A DNA stretch of 63,870 bases, the filler included, from Octopus bimaculoides (taxonomy: Eukaryota), in the NCBI RefSeq assembly GCF_001194135.2. It is 7 parts of 7 records of this genome, joined end to end, with 100 filler letters (N's around TTAATTAATTAA, not from the genome) between each part and the next. Parts side by side here need not be neighbours in the genome. Positions count along the whole stretch, not along the records: positions 62,469 to 63,870 come from NC_068987.1; 6 more parts are not named here. The stretch is one strand, 5' to 3'. A program made the position numbers and the translations under genes. Every line of letters begins with the position of its first letter. Position 1 is the stretch's first letter. The notes beneath the pieces were generated by a model. That model was not told the DNA's origin. It saw nothing but the letters and a program-made list of their open reading frames with translations, and ran no database searches. Below are positions 63,561 to 63,870 of the stretch, piece by piece.

Positions 63561-63870
63561 AAGTCGATTATATCGACCCCAGTACGTAACTGGTACTTAT
63601 TTAATCGACCCCGAAAGGATGAAATGCAAAGTCGACCTCGGCGGAATTTGAACTCAGGACGTAACGGCAAACGAAATACCGCTAAGCATTTCGCGCGGCG
63701 TGCTAATGTTTCTGCCAGCTCGCCGCCTACTTCTGTTAGTTTCTGATAAGGTGCAGTAACATAGTTGGTAACAGTAAGGCGGTGAGCTGACAGGATTGTT
63801 GGCACACCGGAAAAAATGCTTAATGGCATTTCGTCTGTCTTTACGTCCTGAGTTCAAATTCCGCTGAGGT
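63561..63870. mobile_element. Head-to-head pair of SINE family A copies
   Basis: Minus copy 63561-63728, ~46-bp spacer, plus copy from 63775 running off the window end. Confidence 0.88.

Noticed and set aside
63196-63651. 151-aa plus-strand ORF
   Set aside because: Its 3' third is antisense SINE sequence and the rest has no recognisable domain.

Overview
AT-rich, microsatellite-dense, gap-riddled eukaryotic DNA. The tRNA-derived SINE families and (TA)n/(TATG)n/(GATA)n/(ATT)n load look like an octopus (coleoid cephalopod) draft genome; this is recognition, not a database result. No host protein-coding gene can be called with confidence, only a few isolated exon-like segments. Nearly all long ORFs in the track are artefacts of microsatellites or N-runs. 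The window is mostly a transposon graveyard: more than a dozen fragments of R4/Dong-like restriction-endonuclease LINEs (almost all minus strand, chained through (TAA)n tracts at 18.5-26.8 kb), RTE, RTEX, Tx1-like and CRE-like LINE relics, mariner, maT (DD37D), Helitron and hAT-MITE relics, and many SINEs. The most interesting signal is not in the ORF track: six type I hammerhead-ribozyme motifs from four unrelated sequence families. They lie at 11.05 and 11.5 kb (an inverted pair), 16.7, 18.0, 57.85 and 59.26 kb. All have the tiny, (near-)palindromic helix III typical of Penelope-like-element/retrozyme hammerheads, most sit beside (TA)n or similar tracts, and no Penelope ORF was recognised. 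The 18.0 and 57.85 kb copies keep the full catalytic core. There is also a ~130-nt pre-miRNA-like hairpin at 45.7 kb. Six N44-TTAATTAATTAA-N44 spacers are artificial joins, so adjacency across them is not reliable.
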